64,000 nucleotides of DNA from a virus (taxonomy: Duplodnaviria; Heunggongvirae; Uroviricota; Caudoviricetes): positions 1 to 64,000 of IMG/VR virus record IMGVR_UViG_3300029841_000009; one strand, given 5' to 3'. This document shows, piece after piece, positions 47,860-58,729 of this stretch. Within the stretch, counting starts at the first letter, position 1; every line of letters starts with the position of its first letter. The position numbers and the translations under genes were made by a program. The notes under the pieces are model-generated. The model worked only from the letters and a program-made list of their open reading frames with translations. It was not told where the DNA came from and did no database searches.

Positions 47860-49323
47860 TTATTCAGAAAACAAGTTCAGCAGATAATCAGGATTATATT
47901 CCATGACGAACTCTATATCTCTGGCAGGTGAGAATGGTGTCATTTTTACATGGAATTTAACAATCCCGTCCATCAATGACGTAATCGTGTTTTCAGACTG
48001 ATCAAAGGTAACAACACCACCTGCAATATCCTGATTACCAGTGAGGCCGTTAAGCCAAATATTCGCACTAGTAACAATCGATTCAATTAATCGACGGTTT
48101 GCAGGATTGTCTATTTTTGACCAATGCGAAAGAATTAACGTATTACCCACCCAGTTAAACATACGTCGGCAAACACGAAATGCGTCTTTGGGGTCTGTAG
48201 ATGTTGGATAAATAGCATTACGGTTTCCCCATGATTTCCAACCATCAAAATTAAGGCTTGTTACAATCCCCTGTCCATTTAAGTAGTTTGCCTGGCTAAT
48301 GTTAAGCCATACCTCACTGCCATCTTTACGTACAGCACCGTCCATCTGTAGTTTTATATTTGACGGAGAACGTGATGGAATATCACCATACTGACTATCC
48401 AGCAAGCATGTTGCTGCAGCTAAATGGGTTGAGTGATGGTAAATATTGTCACCAAGTTTCACCATCGGCCAGCACACTGTCTGGTTAGCTGCCATATGAT
48501 TATTGTTCTGCTTCCATTCAGGAACAGCAGAATAATCACTGATAGTAGATTTATCAGTCGGCGCATCGGTGATAGCTTCTGCTTTGAACAATTCACTAAT
48601 CAGCGCAGCTTTAGCCGCCATTAGCTGGCCAACTTCACTATCAGAACTAAATCCAGGCGCAATCACTTGTCCAGGAACCAACTTGAAGCGGGGATACACA
48701 TCAGACAGTAACTCAAGCCCTGTATTGGCTTTAGTGTTGGAATCCACACCACCGATAATGTCATTTTTAGTTACGGCACCGGGATCAAGATGCGTATAAC
48801 TAACCTTAAGAGTAGCGTCTTTTTCGGTAATTTTTCCTCCGCTAATAGCGGTAATGACCGTATAGCCATTATCATCCAGCGCCAGCACATAATCGGTGTC
48901 AACCGTTAATCCTGCCGAATCACCATCTGCTTTTTTCACAACAACAGATTTATATAAGACACCATCGTTAGAGAGCGTACCTTTCCCGCCAGAAAGTTTT
49001 ACTACCTCATCAGGTACGTCTTTCTTATGCTTTGCTGGATCAAGCACATTAATAAATACAACTGGCGCAACACCATATATTCCAAATGCGACTTTAATTA
49101 CTTCGCTTAAAGTATATTTCTCGAAGTTTGTGCTATATCCTATTTTAGATACGGCCTCTGCGTATGTATAAGCAATGATAGGTTTATTTACCGCTGAGGC
49201 TGGATCTTCTAACTGATTAACAGGAGCTGTACCAAATGCGACAATCAACCCAGCACTAACTTGTACTGGAGGAGTTATAGATGTAGCCAGCTCAGATATA
49301 TAAATACCGTGGCGATATCCCAT
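47860..49323 (-). CDS. contractile tail sheath protein
   Basis: 487 aa, first gene of the sheath-tube-chaperone-tape measure block; size typical of P2 FI / Mu gpL. Confidence 0.65.
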   Translation of the reverse strand: MGYRHGIYISELATSITPPVQVSAGLIVAFGTAPVNQLEDPASAVNKPIIAYTYAEAVSKIGYSTNFEKYTLSEVIKVAFGIYGVAPVVFINVLDPAKHKKDVPDEVVKLSGGKGTLSNDGVLYKSVVVKKADGDSAGLTVDTDYVLALDDNGYTVITAISGGKITEKDATLKVSYTHLDPGAVTKNDIIGGVDSNTKANTGLELLSDVYPRFKLVPGQVIAPGFSSDSEVGQLMAAKAALISELFKAEAITDAPTDKSTISDYSAVPEWKQNNNHMAANQTVCWPMVKLGDNIYHHSTHLAAATCLLDSQYGDIPSRSPSNIKLQMDGAVRKDGSEVWLNISQANYLNGQGIVTSLNFDGWKSWGNRNAIYPTSTDPKDAFRVCRRMFNWVGNTLILSHWSKIDNPANRRLIESIVTSANIWLNGLTGNQDIAGGVVTFDQSENTITSLMDGIVKFHVKMTPFSPARDIEFVMEYNPDYLLNLFSE

Positions 49324-49613
49324 TATTTAATCTCCATGATAGAAGAAGAAACTCTAGAGTACATTACATACTCGACACTGGTTTTATCAGAAAGTCTTTT
49401 TTCTGCATCTGCAAAATCACTGGTTGCCACAAACAAACACTTTGCACCAGGAATATGTGATATTAATTTTTTACACTCTGGAGATAAACCATTCTTAAAT
49501 AGTTTATGCTTCAAAATTGAGAGTTGAGGGATTGTTGGTCCTATATATACAAATGTTTGAGCAACATCTTCCTTCTTTTCTATATCTTCTTTACTACTTT
49601 TCTTATTAGCCAT
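49323..49613 (-). CDS. hypothetical head-tail joining module protein
   Basis: 96-aa ORF. Confidence 0.35.
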   Translation of the reverse strand: MANKKSSKEDIEKKEDVAQTFVYIGPTIPQLSILKHKLFKNGLSPECKKLISHIPGAKCLFVATSDFADAEKRLSDKTSVEYVMYSRVSSSIMEIK

Positions 49614-50099
49614 TTAGATAAACTCCTGAGACTGAATATTCTGAGGCTTTAATACTAGCCACGTTCCAGTTGCTTCCGTTATCCAATATGGATATGGTTG
49701 ATCATCAAACATTCGCCATCTGATATCACCCTGAAAGAGAAATTTCTCTTCAAGTAAAGGCTTCTCCTGAAAATGAAACATCATCCTTTCAAGAAGAGCC
49801 ATTACCCATTCATATCCAGTATGGTCCTCACAAAAACCACCTAGAAGAAACTTAACCTTAACTTCATCCGTTTCAGGCTGCATTCCTCCTTCCGTGGGCC
49901 TGATAATCACATGAGGAAATTCTGGCGGTTTATCTGGAGATGGTTGTGATTTAGGAGGCAAGTACCCTTTAAATATTGTTGGAACAAACAATTTAATATC
50001 GCTGTCTGTTTCATCATAAGGAGGCCCCTGCACTAATAAATCATGGAAAACCTCATGTTCCAACCGATTTTTTATTGCATCTATCAAAAGATTAATCAA
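49614..50099 (-). CDS. hypothetical neck / tail completion protein
   Basis: 161-aa ORF between the head and tail modules. Confidence 0.35.
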   Translation of the reverse strand: MINLLIDAIKNRLEHEVFHDLLVQGPPYDETDSDIKLFVPTIFKGYLPPKSQPSPDKPPEFPHVIIRPTEGGMQPETDEVKVKFLLGGFCEDHTGYEWVMALLERMMFHFQEKPLLEEKFLFQGDIRWRMFDDQPYPYWITEATGTWLVLKPQNIQSQEFI

Positions 50100-50440
50100 A
50101 TCGGCATTCCTCTGTTAGTATTAACAGTGAGAGTTATTTCCAATACACCAACATTATCTGATACTTCATCAATAATATAATTTTTACCGTTGATTTTCAT
50201 TGACTGGTCTTTGACAGGGAGAACAGGAAAATCTTTTCTTGAAACAAATAATATTATTTGCCCCTGATTTATTCCCTCTGCAAACTCAGCATATGAGCGT
50301 TTATTCCGCTCATGAATAAGGTCTGTATCAATAACGGCAAGGATATCCTTGCCGTCTATGTTATATGTATCGGCAAACTCTTTTTCATTGAGGAATATTG
50401 CAGAAATATCTTGCGCTATAACCTCTTTGAAGGAGTTCAT
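50096..50440 (-). CDS. head-tail connector protein (lambda FII-like position)
   Basis: 114 aa, matches lambda gpFII in size and position. Confidence 0.4.
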   Translation of the reverse strand: MNSFKEVIAQDISAIFLNEKEFADTYNIDGKDILAVIDTDLIHERNKRSYAEFAEGINQGQIILFVSRKDFPVLPVKDQSMKINGKNYIIDEVSDNVGVLEITLTVNTNRGMPI

Positions 50441-50832
50441 TACTTCTTATTACCTTTTTTTTGCGTTGATTTTTTCGCATTACTGGTATCAGAAGTAGCT
50501 ACAGATTCAGATGAATCATCAGCAACCGTTTCCTCATTGCCGCCATCATCCTCAAACTCAACCTCGAATACACAGCTACCCGCCTCCGTTCGCGTAATCA
50601 ACCCCGCGTCCACAGCATCATTAACAGCAGATGCGTATCCATGCTCAAAAGCTAACTTAGCAGCATCATAGCCCCCGGCCGATGCCAAATCACCATCCTC
50701 TTCGGTGGCAATAGCATGTCCTGACGCAATCAGTTCGGCAATTCTGGAGTTATCCATTAGCCCATTAAGCAAACGGCCCGCTTTTAGCGAGCCGTGGCTT
50801 ATCGTATCAATGTTTTTAATCAGTCTGGCCAT
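50440..50832 (-). CDS. hypothetical head protein (lambda FI-like position)
   Basis: 130 aa with an acidic, low-complexity C-terminal half; follows the capsid gene. Confidence 0.35.
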   Translation of the reverse strand: MARLIKNIDTISHGSLKAGRLLNGLMDNSRIAELIASGHAIATEEDGDLASAGGYDAAKLAFEHGYASAVNDAVDAGLITRTEAGSCVFEVEFEDDGGNEETVADDSSESVATSDTSNAKKSTQKKGNKK

Positions 50833-51876
50833 TTAAACCACCTTAGCCACCAGATAGGCATCAGCCACACCAGGATTAGGCAGTGGAGATGACTTCATGG
50901 CAACATAACGGCCAGCCGGCTTACGAGTTACCCAGGTGTCTGGAACTCGTGGTGACTCAACAATCGTTAGAGTCTTTTCGGCGTCATCTACAAGCTCTAC
51001 AGCACCATACAGCATCGTTCCTCGACCAGGAGAGCCAAAGAGGATCTTATCTTCCGGTACTAATGGTTCTGGTTTTCCTGTTTTATCATTGCGAATAAGT
51101 TCGTCGTAACCATAAAAATCGACACCTTCAAGATTGCCATAATGAGTTACGCCTTCTTCTAACTCCTTAGGCTCAATATACCCAAGCTCTTTTCGGCGAT
51201 TATCAAGATATTTAGTTACTGCTTCATTTTTAACGAAAGCATCAACAACTTTTGCGCCCATTACGGCAACACGAGGTGTAAAACCTGAAGTTAGTGATAC
51301 CCGACGTTTCCAGTTGCGAACATTGACCAACGGATCTGATTTTGCAGCACTCCATAAATCATCACCTGTCAGTTCAAGATATGGTTTATCTCCTTCCTCT
51401 TCAGGCCAAAAATAAACTGTGTCATCCACACCTTCACCAACAATATCAACCTGCCCCGTAAACAAGACTTGTGCACACATCCATTCTTCACGGCGGTTAA
51501 CCATTTCATCAAGCTCAAGCAAATCTTTACCTAATTGCTCGGCGGCTCGTTCTGCTGGCGATTTTGCGTTGTAAATATTCTCACCCGGAAGCCTGTTTAA
51601 AAGCAGCTCTGCTGTTGTTACCAAATCAGGTGCAACAAGTGGTGGCTCCAGAGTTCTCGTTACAAAGCCGCGTCGCTCAACGGTTTTTGAGCCAAAACCT
51701 TTACCAACAAACGGAGCCATAGTACGGCCACCGCGAACAAAATCCAGATCAACTTTCTTTGTATTAAAGGTCTGAACACCAGGAAAAAAGGTACGAAGAA
51801 GAAAACGACGAGCCTTGAAATTCTGAATAACAGGCTCAAGCATTGTACGTCGTTCAAAAATATCAATATTCGGCAT
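50833..51876 (-). CDS. major capsid protein (lambda gpE-like)
   Basis: 347 aa; N-terminal FKARRFLLRTFFPGVQTF resembles the lambda gpE N-terminus; gene order W-B-C-D-E. Confidence 0.7.
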   Translation of the reverse strand: MPNIDIFERRTMLEPVIQNFKARRFLLRTFFPGVQTFNTKKVDLDFVRGGRTMAPFVGKGFGSKTVERRGFVTRTLEPPLVAPDLVTTAELLLNRLPGENIYNAKSPAERAAEQLGKDLLELDEMVNRREEWMCAQVLFTGQVDIVGEGVDDTVYFWPEEEGDKPYLELTGDDLWSAAKSDPLVNVRNWKRRVSLTSGFTPRVAVMGAKVVDAFVKNEAVTKYLDNRRKELGYIEPKELEEGVTHYGNLEGVDFYGYDELIRNDKTGKPEPLVPEDKILFGSPGRGTMLYGAVELVDDAEKTLTIVESPRVPDTWVTRKPAGRYVAMKSSPLPNPGVADAYLVAKVV

Positions 51877-51896
51877 AAAAATACGACCTCTTTATA

Positions 51897-52280
51897 TTAT
51901 GCAGATGGATTTTGTTGTGCGGTGTTAAGGAATATCCCAACCTTCCGGCAAGCCAGATATACATCGGCAATCTTTGCTGATTCAGGAAGGATAACCGCAT
52001 GTGCATTGAACATTCCGGTCAGCCATGCTGTTCCAACTTGCGCTGAATCAGTCGCATCAATACTGTGTTGAGCGATACAATACGGTTCTTTTGCCACCCC
52101 CTCACCAGAGAGATTTATTGGTGCTACAGTGACAACATTTGTTGTCTGATCAATACTGACAAAAGCAAGCAACTCACCTCGATTTACTTTACCGCTGGCA
52201 AGTTTAATACTTGTTGTAATTGCTGGCATACCACCAGAAATAATCAGATTATCTGGTTCAAATGAAAAAGACTCTCGCAT
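51897..52280 (-). CDS. head decoration protein (putative)
   Basis: 127 aa between the protease and capsid genes (lambda gpD position). Confidence 0.45.
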   Translation of the reverse strand: MRESFSFEPDNLIISGGMPAITTSIKLASGKVNRGELLAFVSIDQTTNVVTVAPINLSGEGVAKEPYCIAQHSIDATDSAQVGTAWLTGMFNAHAVILPESAKIADVYLACRKVGIFLNTAQQNPSA

Positions 52281-52289
52281 AAACTCACC

Positions 52290-53378
52290 TTAATTTTTAT
52301 CGCGGTTTTTAAATACTGACCCAATAACATTTTTTACTACTTCAGCTTGTTTATCTCCGTTGTTTTCTGGTTGATTAACATCAACTGAATCATTCACCTC
52401 ATTTGCGTCTTCTTGCCGTTGATTAAGAAAGTTTTTGTTACGCGCTCGCTCTGCATTCATAATTTCCAAAGCAAGTTCAGCCGCAGAAACTCCCGTTTTG
52501 AATTTTGCATTCTTAACCAGGTCGTCATGACCTGGAATCACGCTATTCTCGATTGTTTCAATGCGCTCGCGTTCTGATTTAACGCCCTCGTCTTTACCAG
52601 CATTAAAAACCTGATTGTATAATTCTGGATGTTTATTTTTTAATTCATCAAGAGTCACAACATCGTCCTCATTTTGTTCATTTAATTCAGTAGATAATTC
52701 ATTTTTATTTTGTGGCAACTTTGCGAGCGAATCAGGTAATTTTGAAAACCTTGATGCTTCAAAAGTTATTCCATTGAGCGAAAGCATCCCTTCCTTTATA
52801 GAAGCGGATAAGCGCATTGGTTTTTCAACTTCGTCAGCAAATCCAAGCTCTACAGCCTCTTCTGCATTTAGCCATGTTTCCTGATCCATTAGTTCAATTA
52901 ATTTATCCTCAGAAAGCCCTGTTTTCTCCTTATATGCAGATAAAATACTATCTCGTATCTTATCCATCATCTCAGCAATATCACGTAGTTCATCCGCATC
53001 ACCAGCAGCAAATGTCCACGGATTATGGATCATCATCATAGCATTAGATGGGATAACAACTTTATCACCTGCCATTGCAATAATGGTTGCAGCCGATGCA
53101 GCAATACCATCAATATAAACAGTAATATTAGCCTTATGACGTTTTAATGAAGAAAGAATAGCTTGAGCAGTAAAAACAGAACCACCATAACTATTAATTT
53201 TTACGTTGATAGCATTTGATGATATATCCTTTAATTTATTAACTATGTCAGAAGAAGAAACCTCATCAAATTCGCCAATATATCCGTAGATTAAAAGTTC
53301 AGCCGGAGAGTCATCTTCACCCGTGCTATTTTTTATTTCCCACCAATTAGGCATCATCTGTCTCCATATTTTGTTCAT
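52290..53378 (-). CDS. prohead protease / scaffold (ClpP/S49-like, lambda gpC-like)
   Basis: 362 aa; KINSYGGSVFTAQAIL...IDGIAASAATIIAMAGDKVV is typical of S49/ClpP-type prohead proteases; acidic C-terminal half. Confidence 0.7.
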   Translation of the reverse strand: MNKIWRQMMPNWWEIKNSTGEDDSPAELLIYGYIGEFDEVSSSDIVNKLKDISSNAINVKINSYGGSVFTAQAILSSLKRHKANITVYIDGIAASAATIIAMAGDKVVIPSNAMMMIHNPWTFAAGDADELRDIAEMMDKIRDSILSAYKEKTGLSEDKLIELMDQETWLNAEEAVELGFADEVEKPMRLSASIKEGMLSLNGITFEASRFSKLPDSLAKLPQNKNELSTELNEQNEDDVVTLDELKNKHPELYNQVFNAGKDEGVKSERERIETIENSVIPGHDDLVKNAKFKTGVSAAELALEIMNAERARNKNFLNQRQEDANEVNDSVDVNQPENNGDKQAEVVKNVIGSVFKNRDKN

Positions 53379-54921
53379 TTACCTCAGAAACAGGAGGCGT
53401 AATCAGCCCCAACTCACGGCGAGCATTCTCTTCTCTGCCACAAATTTGTGCGGTTTCTTCCCAGTTAAGACCTGACATTTCAGCCGCTTCCTTTTCACGG
53501 GTAGAGAATGTTTCCTCAACACGCAGTTTTGCAGCTTTGACTTCTTTAAGGGGATCTAATTGGCCTTGTGATGGGCCATACCATTGAGCGCCACTCCATG
53601 CAGCGCGATATTCAGGCCCATAAAAAAAACCAGGGGCAATAACACGACCTTTAGCAACGGCTTCGGCCAACCATTCCTCATAGATCGGTTGGCAAAATGA
53701 CTGAACCATCCAGTCACGTCGCATACGGAACATTTTCCAGGCTTCAAGTAATGCGGCCCTGCTTGCGCTATAACTTGCTGTAAAATGCTTTACCAAGAGT
53801 TCGTAAGGGAGTTCTAAAGCAGCCCCAATTTGACGGCATATGGCGACAACAAAACCATCAAATGCCGTATTTGGTCGCCCGGGATTTGCTGTATCTATCG
53901 ACTCACCTTCACCCAAACTTACTATGGAGCCATTCCCCATTTCTTGGGTGTTATCATCATGGTTATCGATCTGCTCGTACTGAGGGATACCCGATTCACC
54001 GACTGGTCCATCAGGAGCGTCTGTTTTAATAAAGACAGTAAACATCCCTGACACAACCGCAGCAACCAATTCAGCATCGGTGTATCGTCCTAACTGCTTC
54101 AATGCTTCAATAACAGGAGCAAGGACAGGAACGCCACGACGTTGCCCAGGCCTTTCAAAATCCTGCATGACATGCAGAATATTTCTTCTTCCTGTTTTAC
54201 TCCCATATGCGGGAATACGTTCCCACTTGCGGGTTACAAAACCAGAAGTCCCGGCTGGGTGATGTTTTGCAACCCAGTACGCCACAGGCTCGCTAAATTC
54301 ACCAACCTCTACGCCACCGTAAAGATTTGGTATAAAACGATCCTCTGGATTGCAAACACGATCACCTTCAATTAAATAGACGCACAAATCATATATAACA
54401 CCCTTACGCTTAATAACTGGTAGCGCAGCAAATATATCGCCAGATGTTAACGCAGATATTTGGACCAATGATTGCAATTGTCCAAAAGTACACATTCTTG
54501 ATGCATCACAATTTGGAGAATCAGCCCATAATCTAAACTCACGCTCAACATGCTTTTCCCATGCTCGCGCTTCTTCCTGCGTCATCCCCAAGAAATCGGC
54601 ATCAATGTTCGCATTTAGTTTTAAACCGGAACCAACAACGTTTGTCCTGATAGTTTTTATTGCGCCAACCGATAGCGGGTTTCCCATGAAGAGATCACGA
54701 GAACGCTCACGCAATTTATCTATATTTTTAACAATATCATCATCAGGAGAACCAGCTTTACTAAACCAACCCCTTAATGATTTTTTATGAGTGCTTGCAC
54801 CATGACGTGAATATCCAAGGTTATTAATACCTTCAAGTGCTTCTAACCGTTTTCTTGCCAAAGCTCGATTTAATGCCCTCTGAGGTGAAAACGGCGCAAT
54901 AACTCGATCAAGAATATTCAT
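53347..54921 (-). CDS. portal protein (lambda gpB-like)
   Basis: 524 aa between the gpW-like and protease genes. Confidence 0.7.
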   Translation of the reverse strand: MNILDRVIAPFSPQRALNRALARKRLEALEGINNLGYSRHGASTHKKSLRGWFSKAGSPDDDIVKNIDKLRERSRDLFMGNPLSVGAIKTIRTNVVGSGLKLNANIDADFLGMTQEEARAWEKHVEREFRLWADSPNCDASRMCTFGQLQSLVQISALTSGDIFAALPVIKRKGVIYDLCVYLIEGDRVCNPEDRFIPNLYGGVEVGEFSEPVAYWVAKHHPAGTSGFVTRKWERIPAYGSKTGRRNILHVMQDFERPGQRRGVPVLAPVIEALKQLGRYTDAELVAAVVSGMFTVFIKTDAPDGPVGESGIPQYEQIDNHDDNTQEMGNGSIVSLGEGESIDTANPGRPNTAFDGFVVAICRQIGAALELPYELLVKHFTASYSASRAALLEAWKMFRMRRDWMVQSFCQPIYEEWLAEAVAKGRVIAPGFFYGPEYRAAWSGAQWYGPSQGQLDPLKEVKAAKLRVEETFSTREKEAAEMSGLNWEETAQICGREENARRELGLITPPVSEVNEQNMETDDA

Positions 54922-55157
54922 AAATCTCTTATCACCACTCGTTTAATTCGTGGGCCTCGGCGTATACCTGCTGATAATCTTTCTACTTCATTACGCCAGT
55001 AATCCATCTCTTTTCTGACTTCTGATAAATCCGCACGAGTTAACTGCCGCGTACCAAATTTATATGACTGACCGCCAATAGCAATAGCGCGATATGCTTC
55101 CCGCCAGACAGATAACATCTCTCTGGCTTCAGTCAGAGAAAATGCTTCATTGTTCAT
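54918..55157 (-). CDS. head-tail joining protein gpW-like
   Basis: 79 aa; IGGQSYKFGTRQLTRADLSEVRKE ... RRGPR aligns with the pattern of lambda gpW. Confidence 0.6.
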   Translation of the reverse strand: MNNEAFSLTEAREMLSVWREAYRAIAIGGQSYKFGTRQLTRADLSEVRKEMDYWRNEVERLSAGIRRGPRIKRVVIRDL

Positions 55158-55168
55158 TTATATTTCCT

Positions 55169-57025
55169 CTATATGGTTACGCCTTTACTTATAACTCTAC
55201 GGCGTCTTCTACGTATACCTGACGAGTTCTGCACATACACATTACCTCGCATTTCCTGTTCGGCAAGCCAGTTAAAATTAGGGTTCAGAATTTCCATCGC
55301 GGCAGTTGCATAGTTACGGCAATCAAGAGGCTCGTTACGCTCGTAGACTTTCACCCACTTTTCTTTTGTCTGCCCATTTTTATATTCAAATATTTTCTTC
55401 TCTGATAATAATCCTTTAAAGTATTCGGTATCATATCCTCTGTCAGAATCTAATGGGAAATGCATATAACCAGGACCAGGATCATGTAGTTTAATTCTTG
55501 CCATGATGGTCCCTTTACCATCATCAACCCCCAAATTAAACAACATAGCACCCACACGGTTATTATTACTTGGCTTTCCTATAAATGGTAAACCTACCCC
55601 ACCACGCCCCCTGATAGAGTATATTCGCCTTGATTCTCTCGGCTTAGTAAAGCGATATACCTCTGTCGTAAAATGCCCACCAGAGTCAATACAAACGGAA
55701 GAAATCTGTAATTTTCGACCGTCACGGAATGACCAGCTACGGAGTAAGTATTCATCAAGTTGTTTCCAGACAACATCTTGTGCGGGATCACCTGGGAATA
55801 TTTTATATTCTATCCCCCATGACTCCTTACCTTTTCCCCAACCGACCAATTCACAAACTAAATACGTGTCCTGTACGTCAACACCAGCACTTAACAATAA
55901 AACATCATCTGGTAAAAACTCTTCAAACCTTATTCTGCGTTGCAACAAGTATTCAGGATCGATATCGTCTTTAGCATCCTCTTTCCATGGCTCACCCAGC
56001 TTAAGGTTAATAAACTCCATTAATCCATTTTTATCGCGGTTTCTGGTTGCTTCCGTAAATTCTTCAACCAGCTCTGACAATGCAACCCACGGGGAGTAAA
56101 GACTGTTAATATGAAAACCAACAATACCTTTAACTCCAGTATGTTCAGCTATCCATACCCCCTTCGCCAACCAATCAACGTCTGGTTTACCAGATCCGCG
56201 CATAATCCCGCCGCACTCACAGCACTCATATCTGGCCGTTTCCGGTAACGCCTCACCTGAATCGCTCTTATCCCATCTGACTTGCGACCATTTCATCACC
56301 TGCATGGTGCCACAACATGGGCAAGGAACATGGTAGTAACGCTGATCGGAGAGCTTAAACCACTTGTGGATTTTGCTCGTTTCCTCCAAAACAGGAGTAG
56401 AAACAAAAACTTTCTTACGATTATGAAAGTTGGTAGTACGCTGAATACCTAGTTTTAGTGGGTCGCCCTCCTGCGTCACACCGTAACGATCAATCTCATC
56501 AGCTAACAGTATTCGAATTGGCCTGGATGCAAGACCTGCTGGGGAATTAGCACCAACAAGTGCTATATATCCACCAGCGTAATGCTTCATACGTATAGTC
56601 GTGCTGGACTTTTTGGCTGCACCGCGCCCCTCTTTCCCTTCATGCAGCTTGTGTTTCAAACCAGGGGAATATTTGAACGTCGGATCAATACGCTCTTTTG
56701 AAAAAGCCTCAGCCGCCTCTACCGTTGGATAAATCATCAACTGAGGAGATGGCTCCTGATCTGCAAAGTAACCCATAACATTTAGCTGTAATTCGGATTT
56801 ACCAATTTGCGAGCTACATTGCATCACTACTGTTTCTGTATCAGCGTCACCAATAACATCCATTGGTTCACGCAAATATGGCACTCGGCTTGTACGCCAC
56901 GGCCCTGGCTCTGGAGACGTTCCCGGCGCTACATGACGATACTTATCAGCCCATTCGGAAACAGTTAGCCGTGATTTAGGGCGAAGCGCACGGAAAAAAG
57001 CGGTGCTCCATACTGTTTCGCCCAT
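55169..57025 (-). CDS. terL: terminase large subunit (lambda gpA-like)
   Basis: 618 aa; ATPase motifs (QIGKSE ... ILLADEIDRY) and a zinc-ribbon-like CPCCG ... CCECGG as in the GpA family. Confidence 0.8.
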   Translation of the reverse strand: MGETVWSTAFFRALRPKSRLTVSEWADKYRHVAPGTSPEPGPWRTSRVPYLREPMDVIGDADTETVVMQCSSQIGKSELQLNVMGYFADQEPSPQLMIYPTVEAAEAFSKERIDPTFKYSPGLKHKLHEGKEGRGAAKKSSTTIRMKHYAGGYIALVGANSPAGLASRPIRILLADEIDRYGVTQEGDPLKLGIQRTTNFHNRKKVFVSTPVLEETSKIHKWFKLSDQRYYHVPCPCCGTMQVMKWSQVRWDKSDSGEALPETARYECCECGGIMRGSGKPDVDWLAKGVWIAEHTGVKGIVGFHINSLYSPWVALSELVEEFTEATRNRDKNGLMEFINLKLGEPWKEDAKDDIDPEYLLQRRIRFEEFLPDDVLLLSAGVDVQDTYLVCELVGWGKGKESWGIEYKIFPGDPAQDVVWKQLDEYLLRSWSFRDGRKLQISSVCIDSGGHFTTEVYRFTKPRESRRIYSIRGRGGVGLPFIGKPSNNNRVGAMLFNLGVDDGKGTIMARIKLHDPGPGYMHFPLDSDRGYDTEYFKGLLSEKKIFEYKNGQTKEKWVKVYERNEPLDCRNYATAAMEILNPNFNWLAEQEMRGNVYVQNSSGIRRRRRRVISKGVTI

Positions 57026-57030
57026 GAGGT

Positions 57031-57591
57031 TTATTCTTCCTGCTTAATAAATCGGGATTCCTGGAGCGCCTGAAGCGCAAAATTAATCTCGTCTTCAATA
57101 ATGCGTTCGATCTCCCTGGCTGTTTTGCCTTCACAACGGGGAGCTGCTCTTGGAGCAATACTAAATAAGCGGCTACGCAATTCATTAGCTGCCAGAAATG
57201 CATCATCCCTGACCGCATCTTTAGCGATGAGAGAGCCTTCCTTTTCTTCAAATTCAAGGCGTTTCAGCTTTGCCTGATAAATTTTTTCTGCGGTCTTAGC
57301 CTTGTTGAATTGCACCGCAACACCGGAAGTACCACCAGCTAATCCGGCATCATCAGCGGGTAACTCTGGTTGTTCCGAAGATATCCCATGCCCTCTTTTT
57401 CCATTTTCAGCAGATACCTCACGACCAACCTGTCGGCTCGCTTCATAAGCCGCACTGGCTTTATCAAAATCCAGCTTGCCGCTTTTCAGCACTGGAATGC
57501 GACCGGAACGACAGAGCTTCGTAACCATTGCCGGAGAAATACCTTTCCGGCGAGCAAACTCTGACTTACTGACGATGGCCATTACTTGCAA
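57031..57591 (-). CDS. terS: terminase small subunit (HTH DNA-binding)
   Basis: 186 aa; N-terminal helix-turn-helix (SKSEFARRKGISPAMVTKLCRSGRIP) immediately upstream of terL. Confidence 0.6.
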   Translation of the reverse strand: MQVMAIVSKSEFARRKGISPAMVTKLCRSGRIPVLKSGKLDFDKASAAYEASRQVGREVSAENGKRGHGISSEQPELPADDAGLAGGTSGVAVQFNKAKTAEKIYQAKLKRLEFEEKEGSLIAKDAVRDDAFLAANELRSRLFSIAPRAAPRCEGKTAREIERIIEDEINFALQALQESRFIKQEE

Positions 57592-58172
57592 CCATTAGCA
57601 AGATACTGAACAAATCCCTCATGCGTTTCATGCGCGTCGTGGTACTGACGATAAACATCCAGCAACAATGCAATTTCCATATCCGTCGCGGGAATACGTT
57701 CTTTATCAATAGCCAGGTACTTAATTTGAACAACAGGGGAAGAATTATCGTCTTCTTCCTGCGGCTGTTCATCGCTTAACATTTCGTCAAGCTCTGCATC
57801 ATTAAACCCAAGCAGATCAATATCAAAATCATCATCCATTAACTCTTTGACTTCTTCGGCCAGAAGCTGCATATCCCAGCCAGCATTTAAGGCCAGCTTG
57901 TTATCTGCAATCCTGTAAGCCTTCTTCTGTTTTTCAGAAAGGTTACTCAACCGAATCGCCGGAACTTTATCCATTTCCAGAATTTCGGCTGCTGCAAGCC
58001 GACCATGCCCCGCAATCAGTTCATTCTTTTCATCGATCAGCACAGGATTAGTGAAACCGAACTCACGGATACTGTTCACCAACTGTTCAACCTGCTCATC
58101 TGAATGAGTCCGTGAATTTTTGGCGTATCTGAGCAGCTTACCGACTGGTAAATATTCGATTTTTAGAGCCAT
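57582..58172 (-). CDS. ParB-like nuclease N-terminal domain protein
   Basis: 196 aa; ParB/Srx-type motif ...NPVLIDEKNELIAGHGRLAAA...; paralog of 60839..61462. Confidence 0.6.
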   Translation of the reverse strand: MALKIEYLPVGKLLRYAKNSRTHSDEQVEQLVNSIREFGFTNPVLIDEKNELIAGHGRLAAAEILEMDKVPAIRLSNLSEKQKKAYRIADNKLALNAGWDMQLLAEEVKELMDDDFDIDLLGFNDAELDEMLSDEQPQEEDDNSSPVVQIKYLAIDKERIPATDMEIALLLDVYRQYHDAHETHEGFVQYLANGCK

Positions 58173-58729
58173 TTTTTAACCGCCATAACACAACAGGTTA
58201 AAGAAAACTGTTTAACTTATTGATACTAAAAGAGAAAAATGACGATCTTTTTACTCATAAAAAATCACACAAACCAGCATAATCATCTGATTTTATTAAG
58301 TTTTTATAAGTAAAAAGGATCTTGAGATGGTGTTTTGGTTAAAAGATTGGATGTATTTGCATGATTTATAACGATTTTTATCAGAACAACATCACATTGG
58401 TTAAAGATCTGCGCGTATCTTGATGATCTAAAAGAAAATTTTCTACTTTCTTTTTACCAGCACAAATACAGCAAAAAATCACGTTTTCCCGATATTTTTC
58501 AATGAGATGAGTAAATTTCTTTTACCGCAACTTTTAACCTAACTTTTTTCACGTTTAGCTAGCCGAACATCGGGGTTCGAATGACCCGCATCCAACGCTT
58601 TTGTCCAGAAGGACCCAATTCTGCCGGACGATGAAACGATGCTCGTGCACCCCCACAGACAGCCAGCGAGCGACGCTACAGAACACAGTGAATACACTCT
58701 GCATAACAACACCATCAACCACACGATGA

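Noticed and set aside
58560-58600. tRNA-like T-loop sequence GGGGTTCGAATGACCC
   Set aside because: The flanking bases cannot form a T-stem or acceptor stem, so it is not a tRNA gene; at most it is a remnant, noted only within the finding on the 58173-58729 region.
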